The notes: generated from the sequence alone by a model not told the origin. 64,000 bases of DNA from Bacteroidia bacterium (GCA_965216465.1 CBDCFW010000006.1:896001-960000), one strand, 5' to 3'. Numbered from the stretch's first letter, positions 1-11,036 are shown. A program made the numbers and translations.

Positions 1-58
1 TTTAATACTTATCCTAGGTCGTGCTTGTTACCCGACCTAAAAATCCCGAAAATTCGTC

Positions 59-346
59 TTATTTCTTTTCGTCTTGATCGCCCTCAATTTCTTCAATTTC
101 TGCATCGGGCTTAGACTCTTCAACACTGCCTTCTTTGGCATGAAATTTCTGATAGTACGACTCATCATCCATTTTAATTAAATAAAGACAATCGTTGAGT
201 TGAAGTTCGAGTGCTTTTAAAAATCCTCCGCCAGAAGTAGGGAAGTTTACAAATTCAGCGTCGTCTACTCCATTAGGAAATTCCTTCAACAAGAAATTCA
301 TAACATCCTTGTTGACGTTCTTCAGTGATGTGATAATCCGTTTCAT
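59..346 (-). CDS. small conserved-looking hypothetical protein with acidic C-terminal tail
   Basis: 95-aa ORF, ATG start, Glu/Asp-rich tail; resembles small Bacteroidota hypotheticals. Confidence 0.6.
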   Translation of the reverse strand: MKRIITSLKNVNKDVMNFLLKEFPNGVDDAEFVNFPTSGGGFLKALELQLNDCLYLIKMDDESYYQKFHAKEGSVEESKPDAEIEEIEGDQDEKK

Positions 347-412
347 TGCATACGTCTTGTGTAGTTCTACACAAATATCAAAAGCAATAAAAAGGAGATG
401 TAAACATTGGTT

Positions 413-1072
413 TTAGGAGATGTTTGGTTTTGTGAGCAATTCTTCTTTCCCTATGCGTTGTGCAGCAAAGTACGCAACTACATGGCCAAGGTTCTTTAAA
501 TTCTTCTTCATCCACTGTGCTTGCTCAGGACAAGTAAGATCGCCAAGCTCCAATACCAGTTCGGCATCTTTAGTTATGGTATACTTAAAGTTGTAGTAAT
601 TGCTCAAATTTTTAGTGAAATTATCATCATGCCATTTGTACTTGAAGTAAGAGCTATAAAACTCCTTCCAAGCATCAGCAGCAGGCTTATCTGTCGGGTC
701 GTCGTAACCTATTGAAGCCCCTGAACCGCACACCGTAGCACAACCATCGAAGTGAATCGATAATGCTAGATCAACTACGCTATATTTTCTTCTGTCAGCC
801 TTGCTACGAATTACAGATATACCGGCTTCTCTTAGTATTCTGGTTGCTTCGTCAGCAACTATCGGAGTCCAATCTATTTCTCGACCATAAGAACTTGATG
901 TGCCTGTTGCTCCTCGTGTTCTTCCTTCGTGACCAGCTTGTATATATATTTCTGCTTTGTCATATTTTAAAATACCTTTTCGCGACAACTTGTAATGAGA
1001 AGTAAAGTATTGATAGCCGAGTGTTGAAGCACTTAAAAAAGCTAAAATAAGAATGATTTTTAAACGAGTCAT
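413..1072 (-). CDS. N-acetylmuramoyl-L-alanine amidase (Amidase_3-like)
   Basis: N-terminal signal/TM; IYIQAGH, LSIHFD and VLELG Zn-amidase motifs. Confidence 0.7.
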   Translation of the reverse strand: MTRLKIILILAFLSASTLGYQYFTSHYKLSRKGILKYDKAEIYIQAGHEGRTRGATGTSSSYGREIDWTPIVADEATRILREAGISVIRSKADRRKYSVVDLALSIHFDGCATVCGSGASIGYDDPTDKPAADAWKEFYSSYFKYKWHDDNFTKNLSNYYNFKYTITKDAELVLELGDLTCPEQAQWMKKNLKNLGHVVAYFAAQRIGKEELLTKPNIS

Positions 1073-1162
1073 AGTTAGATTGAGGTTTCAGTTTATAACG
1101 AATGAAGAAAAACTATATTGTTTTTGAGGGGTTGACTAATAAGTGCATCTTTGCACCCCGCT

Positions 1163-1492
1163 ATGCTAAAAATGTGGAACAGTCTTAAATTGAAGTGGAA
1201 TGTTGATTCTGACTTAAGATTAGGGTGGATATTTATCATTTTCGCAATTACAGGTAGTTCGATTGTTTTTGTGCGACAGCCCATTCAGGTTTATCTTTAT
1301 GATGAAGCAAATTTCTGGGATTTAATCTGGTATCAAAAGCTCGTAATAACACTCGTGGTTTATTTTGTATACCAAATACATCTTTTTGTAATAGGAAGCA
1401 TACTTGGAGAACACAAGTTTGTAAAGTGGTTTATTCTCAAAATGAACAAAAGAATGTTTGGCCGACTTATTAAAAAGCAAGGTAATGAATAA
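1163..1492 (+). CDS. small membrane protein (DUF6787-like)
   Basis: LKLKWNV, IFIIFAITGSS and YQIHLFVIGSILGEHKF pattern; two TM segments. Confidence 0.6.
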   Translation: MLKMWNSLKLKWNVDSDLRLGWIFIIFAITGSSIVFVRQPIQVYLYDEANFWDLIWYQKLVITLVVYFVYQIHLFVIGSILGEHKFVKWFILKMNKRMFGRLIKKQGNE

Positions 1493-2492
1493 AGAAGATA
1501 TTTTAAAAGCATTGGGATATGTTGAAGATCCAGACCTAAAAAAGGATTTGGTAACCTTGAACATGATTCAAAATCTAGAAATTTCAGGGAGTAATGTGAA
1601 GTTTGATTTAGTGCTTACCACGCCAGCATGCCCGCTCAAAGAGACTATTGCAAATGCATGTAGAAATGCGATAATAACAATGGTCAATGCAGAGGCTGAT
1701 ATCGATATTAATATTACTTCGAATGTTGAGCGAAGCAGAACTGAAAACGAGGTGCTGAAAACGGTGAAGAATATTATTGCTATTGCATCTGGTAAAGGTG
1801 GAGTAGGGAAGAGCACGGTTGCCATCAACATAGCGAAAACTTTGCAGCAAGCTGGAGCAAAAGTTGGCCTGTTGGATGCAGATATACATGGCCCGTCTAT
1901 CCCAGTATTGTTAAATACAGAAGAAGAGAAACCTGCACTAGAAGATAACCTTATGTTGCCAATTGAATCGGATGGTCTTAAAACTATGAGCATCGGATAT
2001 TTGGTTGACAGACAACAGGCACTTGTTTGGAGGGGTCCGATGTTGGCGAAAGCAATTTCACAGTTTTGCACCGACGTGAAATGGGGAGAGCTTGATTATT
2101 TGATTATTGATTTGCCTCCAGGAACAGGGGATGCACATCTGAGCATCATTCAGCAAATTCCATTAAGCGGAGTCGTAATCGTAACAACTCCTGAAGATGT
2201 GGCAATATCTGACACAGTTAAGGCTGTAGATATGTTTACAAATCCACAGATTAAGCAAAATATTTTAGGTGTAGTTGAGAACATGAGCTACTTCCAACCT
2301 GAGGGCTCTGATAAAAAACACTACATCTTTGGGAAAGAAGGAGGAGCAGTATTGTGCAAAGAGAGCAACCTCGATTTATTGGGAGAACTTCCTATTTTAG
2401 AAGATAAGTCTTTTCCAAACCAAATTTCACACTACACGCCAGTAGTAGGAAGCATAGTTCAAAAACTATCAATTTTAGCAGCTAACGGATAA
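1485..2492 (+). CDS. mrp: Mrp/NBP35 Fe-S cluster carrier ATPase
   Basis: N-terminal DUF59 (DPDL, LTTPACP), ASGKGGVGKS P-loop, DLPPGTGD, GVVENMS. Confidence 0.92.
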   Translation: MNKEDILKALGYVEDPDLKKDLVTLNMIQNLEISGSNVKFDLVLTTPACPLKETIANACRNAIITMVNAEADIDINITSNVERSRTENEVLKTVKNIIAIASGKGGVGKSTVAINIAKTLQQAGAKVGLLDADIHGPSIPVLLNTEEEKPALEDNLMLPIESDGLKTMSIGYLVDRQQALVWRGPMLAKAISQFCTDVKWGELDYLIIDLPPGTGDAHLSIIQQIPLSGVVIVTTPEDVAISDTVKAVDMFTNPQIKQNILGVVENMSYFQPEGSDKKHYIFGKEGGAVLCKESNLDLLGELPILEDKSFPNQISHYTPVVGSIVQKLSILAANG

Positions 2493-2515
2493 AAACAATA
2501 TCTTTGAACCATCAA

Positions 2516-2746
2516 ATGTCGGAATCACAAACTAAAATAGAAGAAGCACTTGATACCATTAGACCTTTTCTGAAGAAGGATGGTGGTGACGTGGAATTTG
2601 TTTCGTACGAAGACAACACCGTAAAAATAAAATTGCTGGGAGCGTGCAAAACGTGTAGCATTAGTCACATAACAATGAAGGCTGGCGTCGAAGAAAGCAT
2701 TAAGAAGGTGTTACCTAACGTTTCGTCTGTAGTTGCAGTTAATTAA
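2516..2746 (+). CDS. NifU C-terminal (Nfu) family Fe-S protein
   Basis: IRPFLKKDGGDVE and GACKTC (CxxC) motifs; follows mrp. Confidence 0.9.
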   Translation: MSESQTKIEEALDTIRPFLKKDGGDVEFVSYEDNTVKIKLLGACKTCSISHITMKAGVEESIKKVLPNVSSVVAVN

Positions 2747-2758
2747 TTTCGTTTCAAT

Positions 2759-3616
2759 ATGAAACGAAGCGATAACTTTCCCAACCTCTTTGATTTCATA
2801 AATACTTTTAGCATTTGGGTCGTTCTAGGCTCATTTACTACCTACAGCTATTTTGCCTTGGTGTATGGATTTCAGCCGGACTTTCAAGCAGGAGTAATCT
2901 TGGCACTCAGTATTTGGGTAATTTATACAGTAGACCATCTTTTAGATGGTTACAAGCTTAAAGGCAAAGCCATGGCAAAACGACATCAGCAACATTATCA
3001 GCTGAGAGGTTGGCTTATGGTATTGGTGGCCTTATCATCACTGGCCGCAATAATTTTGGTTTTTACCCACCTAGACCGTAACTATTTTACCTTTGGCTTT
3101 TTGTTATTAGGATTGACCGTCATGCATTTTTTGATTAATGCGACAATATCAAACAAGACAAAGAATCGCATTTTTTTGAAAGAAGTGTTTATTGCATTGG
3201 TGGTTACCTTAGGTTTTGCAGGATTACCTTTAGCTATTAATCCAAGCCAAATAGATTCGAGCCTAATTCCAATAATTGCTTCTTTCTTTTTTATCAATCT
3301 AGCAAATCTTTTGTTGTTTTCTTACTTTGATTATGAATCAGATGAGCGAAGCAATTTTTTATCGGCTGCACATATTTATGGCAAAGATGTTTCTCGAAAT
3401 GTAGCAATGGTTCTTCTAATACTTTCTATTGGTATTCAGATTTATTTAGGAGCTATACAAGGGTTGTCGCTTGCGGTTTGGCTCACCCCAATCTCAATGG
3501 CCGGAACTTTGTTACTGTTGGTTTTTGTACCAAGCTTTTTTCAGGTGAATGATCGCTATCGTTTTTTTGGCGATCTGATTTACTTGTATCCAGCAGTCGT
3601 TATTCCATTGCTTTAA
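2759..3616 (+). CDS. UbiA-like prenyltransferase-family membrane protein
   Basis: multiple TM helices; IYTVDHLLD and FDYESD Asp-rich motifs. Confidence 0.55.
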   Translation: MKRSDNFPNLFDFINTFSIWVVLGSFTTYSYFALVYGFQPDFQAGVILALSIWVIYTVDHLLDGYKLKGKAMAKRHQQHYQLRGWLMVLVALSSLAAIILVFTHLDRNYFTFGFLLLGLTVMHFLINATISNKTKNRIFLKEVFIALVVTLGFAGLPLAINPSQIDSSLIPIIASFFFINLANLLLFSYFDYESDERSNFLSAAHIYGKDVSRNVAMVLLILSIGIQIYLGAIQGLSLAVWLTPISMAGTLLLLVFVPSFFQVNDRYRFFGDLIYLYPAVVIPLL

Positions 3617-4163
3617 AATAGCAACTTCTACATCTGGCCTCGTAAAGATCCTTCTCACCCAATTCAATTTGAGCCGTGCTTTCTGATTTGCGATAGGTGT
3701 ATTGAGCTAAAGACCCACATTGATTACAGATTGCATGAACCTTAGTTACATACTCTGCATCGGCCAGCAATCGAGGCATGGGGCCAAAAGGTTGTGCTTT
3801 AAAGTCTAGGTCTAAACCGGCAACAATTATTCGCTTACCGCTATTGGCAAGTTCACGACAAACGTAGGCAATTGAGTCGTCAAAGAATTGTGCTTCGTCT
3901 ATACCTATAACCTCTGATTCTTTTGCAAGGGTTTTTAGTTGTGATGAATCAGAAACAGGAGTTGCTTCAATGCCGGTGTTATTATGTGACACCACATTTT
4001 TATGGTGGTAACGCGTTTCAATTTCAGGCTTAAAGACGGCATAACTTTGATTTGCTATAGCTACTCGTTTAAGTCTACGTATCAATTCTTCTGTTTTTCC
4101 ACTGAACATAGATCCGCAGATTACTTCAATCCATCCTTTATTGTTTTTTGGCTCAATAAACAT
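3600..4163 (-). CDS. tdk: thymidine kinase
   Basis: GSMFSGKTEEL, IDEAQFF, Zn-binding CxxC...CRSC. Confidence 0.97.
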   Translation of the reverse strand: MFIEPKNNKGWIEVICGSMFSGKTEELIRRLKRVAIANQSYAVFKPEIETRYHHKNVVSHNNTGIEATPVSDSSQLKTLAKESEVIGIDEAQFFDDSIAYVCRELANSGKRIIVAGLDLDFKAQPFGPMPRLLADAEYVTKVHAICNQCGSLAQYTYRKSESTAQIELGEKDLYEARCRSCYFKAME

Positions 4164-4221
4164 TTGAAATTAATAACACCAACCGAAAGTAATAATAATT
4201 AGCTTTATTCGTACCATAATT

Positions 4222-4869
4222 ATGAGCAGAGATCAGATCCACGACAAAATTGATGAACTCCTAGGACTAATAAGTATTAATAACAATCGTCTAAGCTTAC
4301 ATTCAGAGAAACTTTCTCAGTTAGATATTGATGTACTCAGAAAACAATGCATTGAATTGTACGACGAGATTAATCGCTTAGCTTTAATGGGACGATCTGC
4401 TCAAACTCCAATAAAGAGCAAGCCGGTTAAGAAAGAGGTGGTTGAAGTACCTCCTGTAAAGGAAGAACCTGTTCAAGTGAAGCAAGTGGTTAAAGAACCG
4501 GTTGTAGAAGAAGCACCAGCTGAAGAAAAACCTAAACCAGCTCCTGTTCTAAAAGAAGAACCTAAAAAGTCAAAGCCAAAATCAAATAAGCAGGTCGAAG
4601 AAGAAATGCTATCGCTGTTTGAAAAGTTCAATAGTAAACCAATTGATAGTATTGCGAAAGCAATTTCAGTAGCCAAGCGATTCGAATTTCAAAGTAACTT
4701 TTTTGATGGTGAGGCAAAAGACTACAAAGATTTTATGGCCAAGCTTGAGGCTGCTGGTGATCGTGAATCAGCATTTGAAATTTACCACGATTACAAAGAC
4801 CGTCTAAAGTGGGATAATGAAGAGCTGAAAGATGAGCTTAAAGCCTTAATGTACCGAAAATATCATTAG
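4222..4869 (+). CDS. hypothetical protein with Pro/Glu/Lys-rich linker
   Basis: 215-aa ORF; helical N- and C-terminal domains with a low-complexity middle (AISVAKRFEF C-terminal motif). Confidence 0.65.
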   Translation: MSRDQIHDKIDELLGLISINNNRLSLHSEKLSQLDIDVLRKQCIELYDEINRLALMGRSAQTPIKSKPVKKEVVEVPPVKEEPVQVKQVVKEPVVEEAPAEEKPKPAPVLKEEPKKSKPKSNKQVEEEMLSLFEKFNSKPIDSIAKAISVAKRFEFQSNFFDGEAKDYKDFMAKLEAAGDRESAFEIYHDYKDRLKWDNEELKDELKALMYRKYH

Positions 4870-4876
4870 TAAGTAG

Positions 4877-6937
4877 ATGTATGTGCTAAGCCACGTACCC
4901 CTACTCAAATTTCTTCCTTTTTTTATTCTAGGCATACTTGCTGGAAACGCCGTTTCTTGTCTATGGCTGTTTTTAATTGTATTGTTGATTGGGGTTGGTG
5001 TCCTCGTTATTAGTGATTATTATCTCAGGTCAAATCTTTCCAGAAAAGGGTTGGTAGCATCAACCGTTCTTGTACAATTTATTTTGATTGTAGCAGGGGC
5101 ATTATTGGTGAATCTGCATAATCAAATTAATTCACCATACCACTTTTCAAAATATCAAAATCCTCAAGCATATGTTGGAGTGGTTTCAAGTGCAGCGAAA
5201 TATGGTAAAACGGTGTCGTTTGAATTTCAAGTTGATTATGTTGTTTTAGGAAACAATTTACAAAAGAGTATTGGTAAGGTAAATGTGAATCTTAATATGG
5301 ATTCTAATAGCGAATTGGTCATTTATGGAGATGAGTTGGTGTTGAACAAGCAAGTTCAGGAGATTGCGAGACCCAAAAATCCAGGGAGTTTCAATTTCAA
5401 AGCTTTCTATCAAATTAAGAATGTAAATCACTCTGTTTGGTTAAAAAGTTCTGAATGGAGAAAAACGGGAAGACAAAAGAGGAATAAAGTTAAGGCGTGG
5501 TCTTATTGCACTCGAAATAAGTTGATCGCTCATTTTGATAAACACCTCGATGAGGATGTTGTAGAATTTGCTAAGGCATTGGTGTTAGGATATAAACAGC
5601 ACCTCCCAACAGAAGTTAAACAGGATTTTTCTCGTACAGGTACAATACATGTTCTTGCAGTTTCAGGACTGCATGTAGGATTAATTTATGGATTGCTTTC
5701 AATTATTCTTGCCATGAAGAAAGGCAAACTATGGGTCAGAGTAATTAAAGCTTTGATTTTGGTGGGAGGACTATTTGCCTATGAATTAATTACTGGGCTT
5801 TCAATTTCTGTTCTTCGTTCGGTAATAATGTTTAGTCTGTTTGTTATGGCTGAATTGAGTGGGAGAAAATCATCTTCTCCAAATACGGTGTTGTTAGCTG
5901 GTTTTGTTCTGCTTTGTTTGGACCCATTGGCGTTATACAATCTCGGTTTTCAGTTTTCATTTCTTGCGGTTCTTGGAATTGTGTTGTTTGCGAAGACGTT
6001 GTCAAAAAAATGGAAGCATCAATGGTGGATTACAGGTAAGTTAAAAGAGTTGATTGCCGTAAGTCTTTGTGCACAGATTTTTGTGCTGCCATTAAGCCTA
6101 TATTATTTCCATGCTTTTCCTGTTTATTTTTTGGTAGCCAATCTACTCGTGGTGCCGTTAGTTACAGTGGGTTTGTATCTAGGAGTTGGGTTTGCAACGC
6201 TTGGACTTCTATCATCAGCAGTTTCCAAAATCTTGGCTGATTTAATGGAGGCCTATTTGAGGTTTTCAATTGGCTTAAATCATATGATTGGATCGTGGCC
6301 AAATGCAATAGTGTCTACTCCAGAAATTTCTGTTTTGTGCACATGGATGGTTTTAGGATTTATCGCTTCGCTAAGTTTTGGCCTGTTCTATCGTCAGAAG
6401 TTATCATTGAACTTGAGCGTTTGGTGCTTTGCGGCGATATTGTTTGTATATGAATTGGACCGTAAAACTATTCCAGACAGTGAGGTTATAGTGTTTCACC
6501 ACAATCGTTCATCCCTGATTGGTTTTAGGTCAAATCAGAAGTTGGTAGTTCTTGCCAGCAAAGAGGCTTACACAGATGATAAGGTGTTTGAATATTTGGT
6601 TGAGCCATATAGTGAGATGCACAACGTGAAGTCGATAGTTTACCATCCAATTTCAAGAGTTGATGCAACAGGAAGAATTGGAGATTTGGTCTTTTTAGGA
6701 AATGGTTGTTTGGGGTTCAAAAATGAGCTGTTTTTTGTAGATCAGCTAGGGTTGAATTTGGATCTTAAAAACACTAAATTTCGAGGGGTATTTGTGGATG
6801 GAAAATGGAGTTCTAATCGGGCAAAATTAATTGATGAAAAACTGCATTTTGATACGGGCATTTTGATGGGCAGAAACGTAGATTTTGAAGGGAGGAAATG
6901 GAAGGCTAACAAACAGAGTTATGTCATAATACGGTAG
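4877..6937 (+). CDS. comEC: ComEC/Rec2 competence protein
   Basis: HVLAVSGLHVG, SVLRSVIM, GFQFSFLAV and NPGSFNF motifs. Confidence 0.93.
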   Translation: MYVLSHVPLLKFLPFFILGILAGNAVSCLWLFLIVLLIGVGVLVISDYYLRSNLSRKGLVASTVLVQFILIVAGALLVNLHNQINSPYHFSKYQNPQAYVGVVSSAAKYGKTVSFEFQVDYVVLGNNLQKSIGKVNVNLNMDSNSELVIYGDELVLNKQVQEIARPKNPGSFNFKAFYQIKNVNHSVWLKSSEWRKTGRQKRNKVKAWSYCTRNKLIAHFDKHLDEDVVEFAKALVLGYKQHLPTEVKQDFSRTGTIHVLAVSGLHVGLIYGLLSIILAMKKGKLWVRVIKALILVGGLFAYELITGLSISVLRSVIMFSLFVMAELSGRKSSSPNTVLLAGFVLLCLDPLALYNLGFQFSFLAVLGIVLFAKTLSKKWKHQWWITGKLKELIAVSLCAQIFVLPLSLYYFHAFPVYFLVANLLVVPLVTVGLYLGVGFATLGLLSSAVSKILADLMEAYLRFSIGLNHMIGSWPNAIVSTPEISVLCTWMVLGFIASLSFGLFYRQKLSLNLSVWCFAAILFVYELDRKTIPDSEVIVFHHNRSSLIGFRSNQKLVVLASKEAYTDDKVFEYLVEPYSEMHNVKSIVYHPISRVDATGRIGDLVFLGNGCLGFKNELFFVDQLGLNLDLKNTKFRGVFVDGKWSSNRAKLIDEKLHFDTGILMGRNVDFEGRKWKANKQSYVIIR

Positions 6938-7039
6938 CATTCTTTGTCATTTTTTCGAAGTAAAGTTTTGTTTTTGAAATAAATGTATAAATTTGATGCT
7001 TTACAATTTAAAAATAAACGTAATTTATCAATCAAGCGT

Positions 7040-10000
7040 ATGAAAAAAATTTACAATTCGAATTGGCTTTTCAAATTAACAATGATGGCCGCAGCTTGCT
7101 TGCTTTTTGCAGGTACAGCAACGGCTCAGCTTAGTGGTAGTTATACCATCGACGCAGGTGGTACCGGTGATTTCTTGTCTTTCACCGAACTTGAAGACAC
7201 CCTAAAAAGTGACGGGGTTTCTGGAGCAGTTACAGTTGATGTACTTGCAGGATCAGGACCTTACACTGAAGATTTCAAATTAACTGAAATTACTGGGGCT
7301 TCTTCATCTAACACAATTACTATCAACGGTAATGATGAAAAGATCACTTTTAACGGTCAAACGTTAGGCTTTAACGGAACTGACTACATTACTTTCAATG
7401 ACCTTATCATTGAGTCAACATCTACTAGTGCAGCAAGAATTATTCGTGCTCATTCTGGTATTAACAACATGACTTTCGATGGATGTGAGGTTATTGCTAA
7501 CGGTGCTAACTCTTATGGAGGATGGCCAGCTTACTACCAAAGTGCTTACTTCTGGTTCGGTAACTCTAACTACTATTACAACGATGCTAGTGACGAAGTT
7601 TATGACATCACTATCAACGATTGTAAATTATGGAAAGGGAGTTCCTCAGTAAATAACCAAGGTAAAACTTATGGTATCTACTTTGCAACTGCTTACACTT
7701 CTGAAGTTAACTTGACAATTACTAACAATGACATTCAGGACATTGGTCAGTTTGCAATGTACTTGAGAAAAGTAAACGGTGGTCTTGTTGAAAACAACCA
7801 CATTCACAACGAAAACAATAGTGCAAATACTTACATTTACGCTATCTATGTTTACAACTACTTCCTTTCAGGATCTGAAGTTGTAACTATTTCTCACAAC
7901 AACATTCACGACATTTTCACTTCTAACAGAAGCTATGCTTACGCAAGTGTTTATGGAATTTATGCATATGGATACTATGCGGGTACTAACTGGGAAATTC
8001 ACAATAACGTAATTGCGTTATGGGGTCCTTACTACCAATATGGTATTTACAACTACGGTTATAACAGTTCTGGAGACATGAACGTATCTTATAACACGAT
8101 TAGAATGGATGGTAATGTATCTTATGCATATACTAGACATTATGGTATGTATTTCTACTACATCTCAGGTGGAGACGTTGTAAACAATATTATTGTTGAT
8201 GAAACTGCTAACTGGGGTGCTGGTAATGGTGGATCTTGGTTGATTTACATTTACCAAAGTGGACAAACATTTGATCACAACAGTTTAGATAATGAAAGCA
8301 TGATGGGATCAGCTGTTCCAGGTAATGTATACTATGCATACAACGGAGGTAACAGAAAAGAATTTACTGATTGGACAAACGACCAAGGTGGTTCTAACTC
8401 TGTAAATCACAATCCAAACTTTACTGACGTAGCTGGTGCGGACTTTACTCCTCAGAGTATTGCAATGGCTAACGCTGGTACTCCTACTACAATTACTGAA
8501 GATTTAACGTATTCAACTAGAAGTGGAACTACTCCAGATGTTGGAGCTATTGAGTACTTCGTTGATATCGAAGTTGTAAGTGTTGATATGACTGGTGGTA
8601 ACGAGTGTGCTCCATATACTGAAGATGTAGTTGTTACTCTTCAAAATAATGGACCAAACGATATCTCTGGTGTTCCAATGCAATACACTATTAATGGTGG
8701 AGCTCCAGTAATGGAAATTGTTACTACTTCAATTACTGCGGGTGGTACAATGCAGTTTACTTTTGCTCAACCTGCTAACCTTTACGGTTCTCAAACTCAC
8801 GACATTGATGTTTCTGTTGTAGGTGCTGATGATGTTCCTGCTAACAGTGATGGATCTCATACAATTACGACAACTGCTTCTCCATGGGGTGGTGACCTTG
8901 CACAAGGTGCTACTTGGAATGGATACTTCAATAATGGTTCAATGGGCGATCCTGATGTAACTGTTAAAGATCACGTAATTGAGTACGACATTACTCGTCC
9001 AGATGCTTATATGGGTTCTGCTCCTGGTACTTCAACTAGTGGAGATTACTACTACACTATTCAAGCAACTACTATGAGTGGTGTTGATGTAACTGGTTTT
9101 GGATTTAGCTTAACTAACAACGATGAGACTTTAACTGTTGATCCAGATCAAGCTCTTGCAGATTCTACGATCTTCATGAACATCATTGTTATGGATAACA
9201 ACACGGGTTGTGATACTTCTTTCGGAAGATACTTATATGTACCACATACTCCAGAAGTTGACTTTACTGAAATGGACATCTGCCTAGGCGATGTTGCTCA
9301 GTTCAAAAACACTTCTACTTTAGATGGTGACGATTATATGTTGAACACTTGGGATTTTGATGATCCAGATCCTGCTGTAACTGATGATAACTCTGATATC
9401 CTTGACGGATTCTGGAGCTACACTACTTACGGTTCTGCTGATGTAACTTTAACAGTAGTAAACGGACAGTACCCATTATTTGAGTACTCTATAACTAAAT
9501 CAATTACTGTTACTCCTAAGCCAGAAGTTGATTACAAAGTATTGAACGCTTGTGAAGGTTCAGACATTGTTTTCGATAACAACACTGCATTACCTGCAGG
9601 TATTACAGGTACAATTACTTACGATTGGGACTTCAACGGTGAAGGTTCTTCTACTGATGAAGATCCAACATTCATGTTCTCAACTCCAGGTCAAAGAGTT
9701 GTAACTCTTACTGCATCTGCAAACGGATGTGACGCTACATTAAGTAAAAATGCATACCAATTCGAAAACCCAGTTGCTGACTGGAGCTCAGTTGGAGAGT
9801 GTAACTTCGTTGATGTTGAATTCGTTAACGAAACTGCAATTCCAAATGACGCTAACTACGGTTTAGCTTGGGACTTCGGTGACGGAGGAATCTCTAGATT
9901 AGAGAACCCATCTCACGCTTTCGCTACTCCAGGTACTAAGACTGTTACTTTAACAGCTACTTCTGAGTTTGGTTGTGTGAGCATGCATACTTCAACTGTT

Positions 10001-11017
10001 GAACTTAAAGAGTCTCCTGAGGCAGACTTCGATTGGGATGCAGCTTGTAACCTTACTCCAATTAACTTTACAAGAACTGGTTCTGTACCTAACGGTGGAA
10101 CTGGAAGCTCTTACGCTTGGGATTTCAACGGTGAGTCAGTGTCTGGAATGGAAAATCCATCACACTTATTCTCTAATGTAGGTCCTAAAACTGTAAGCTT
10201 AACTATCTCTGACCTTAACGGATGTTCAAGCAGCATTACTAAAGAAGTAAACGTTGTATTACAAGCAGTTGCTGATTTCGAAGTTGCTGACGTTTGTGAA
10301 GGTGACGAGGCTGTATTTACTAACAAATCATCTGTTGCTGCTGGTGACCTTGAGTACATGTGGAGCTTCGGAGAAAACAACGCTACTTCTGAAGACCTTT
10401 CTCCAAGACACGCATACGATGTTACTGGTAACACTAGACTTGTTAGTGTAACTCTACAAGCTATCGTTCCTGGTGGATGTTCTGATGAGATTACTTTACC
10501 TCTTACTGTAAACGCTGCTCCAGATGCATCATTTACTGCTGAGACTCAAGGTAGAACTGTAATCTTTGATGGTCCTTCTGGAAACAGCATTTACCAATGG
10601 AGATTCGGTAACGGAGCTTCTGCAACTAGCGAAGATGTTAACTATACTTACACTAACGTAGACGAAGGTACTTTCGAAGTTTGCTTAGCAACTAAGAATG
10701 CAGAGTGCTGGAGTGAAGAGTGTAACCTAGTTACTATCAACCTTGCTGGTATCGAAGATCTTACTGAGAACAATGATATGATTAGCGTATACCCTAACCC
10801 AACTACTGGATCATTCAACTTAGAAGTTGAAAATGCATCTGATGACATGGTTGTTAAGGTTGCTGACATATTAGGAAACGAATTGAACGTTGAAGTAATC
10901 AACAACCTTAACGGTAAGTTCATCGTAAACATGTCTGCTGTAGCTGACGGAGTTTACTTTGTACAAGTTAAGAACGGTGATTTCTATGCAACGAAAAGAA
11001 TTACAGTTTCTAAATAA
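7040..11017 (+). CDS. large T9SS-secreted protein: beta-helix region, six PKD domains, C-terminal sorting domain
   Basis: signal peptide; QLSGSYTI start; Tyr/Asn-rich repeats; six W(D/S/R)F(G/N/D) PKD motifs; VYPNP...GVYFVQV...KRITVSK CTD. Confidence 0.85.
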   Translation: MKKIYNSNWLFKLTMMAAACLLFAGTATAQLSGSYTIDAGGTGDFLSFTELEDTLKSDGVSGAVTVDVLAGSGPYTEDFKLTEITGASSSNTITINGNDEKITFNGQTLGFNGTDYITFNDLIIESTSTSAARIIRAHSGINNMTFDGCEVIANGANSYGGWPAYYQSAYFWFGNSNYYYNDASDEVYDITINDCKLWKGSSSVNNQGKTYGIYFATAYTSEVNLTITNNDIQDIGQFAMYLRKVNGGLVENNHIHNENNSANTYIYAIYVYNYFLSGSEVVTISHNNIHDIFTSNRSYAYASVYGIYAYGYYAGTNWEIHNNVIALWGPYYQYGIYNYGYNSSGDMNVSYNTIRMDGNVSYAYTRHYGMYFYYISGGDVVNNIIVDETANWGAGNGGSWLIYIYQSGQTFDHNSLDNESMMGSAVPGNVYYAYNGGNRKEFTDWTNDQGGSNSVNHNPNFTDVAGADFTPQSIAMANAGTPTTITEDLTYSTRSGTTPDVGAIEYFVDIEVVSVDMTGGNECAPYTEDVVVTLQNNGPNDISGVPMQYTINGGAPVMEIVTTSITAGGTMQFTFAQPANLYGSQTHDIDVSVVGADDVPANSDGSHTITTTASPWGGDLAQGATWNGYFNNGSMGDPDVTVKDHVIEYDITRPDAYMGSAPGTSTSGDYYYTIQATTMSGVDVTGFGFSLTNNDETLTVDPDQALADSTIFMNIIVMDNNTGCDTSFGRYLYVPHTPEVDFTEMDICLGDVAQFKNTSTLDGDDYMLNTWDFDDPDPAVTDDNSDILDGFWSYTTYGSADVTLTVVNGQYPLFEYSITKSITVTPKPEVDYKVLNACEGSDIVFDNNTALPAGITGTITYDWDFNGEGSSTDEDPTFMFSTPGQRVVTLTASANGCDATLSKNAYQFENPVADWSSVGECNFVDVEFVNETAIPNDANYGLAWDFGDGGISRLENPSHAFATPGTKTVTLTATSEFGCVSMHTSTVELKESPEADFDWDAACNLTPINFTRTGSVPNGGTGSSYAWDFNGESVSGMENPSHLFSNVGPKTVSLTISDLNGCSSSITKEVNVVLQAVADFEVADVCEGDEAVFTNKSSVAAGDLEYMWSFGENNATSEDLSPRHAYDVTGNTRLVSVTLQAIVPGGCSDEITLPLTVNAAPDASFTAETQGRTVIFDGPSGNSIYQWRFGNGASATSEDVNYTYTNVDEGTFEVCLATKNAECWSEECNLVTINLAGIEDLTENNDMISVYPNPTTGSFNLEVENASDDMVVKVADILGNELNVEVINNLNGKFIVNMSAVADGVYFVQVKNGDFYATKRITVSK

Positions 11018-11036
11018 ATTGTAAAAAATAAAACTG

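Noticed and set aside
15-39. hairpin TAGGTCG..CGACCTA at the window start
   Set aside because: The short stem may be a terminator for the 59-346 gene, but context is cut off by the window edge.
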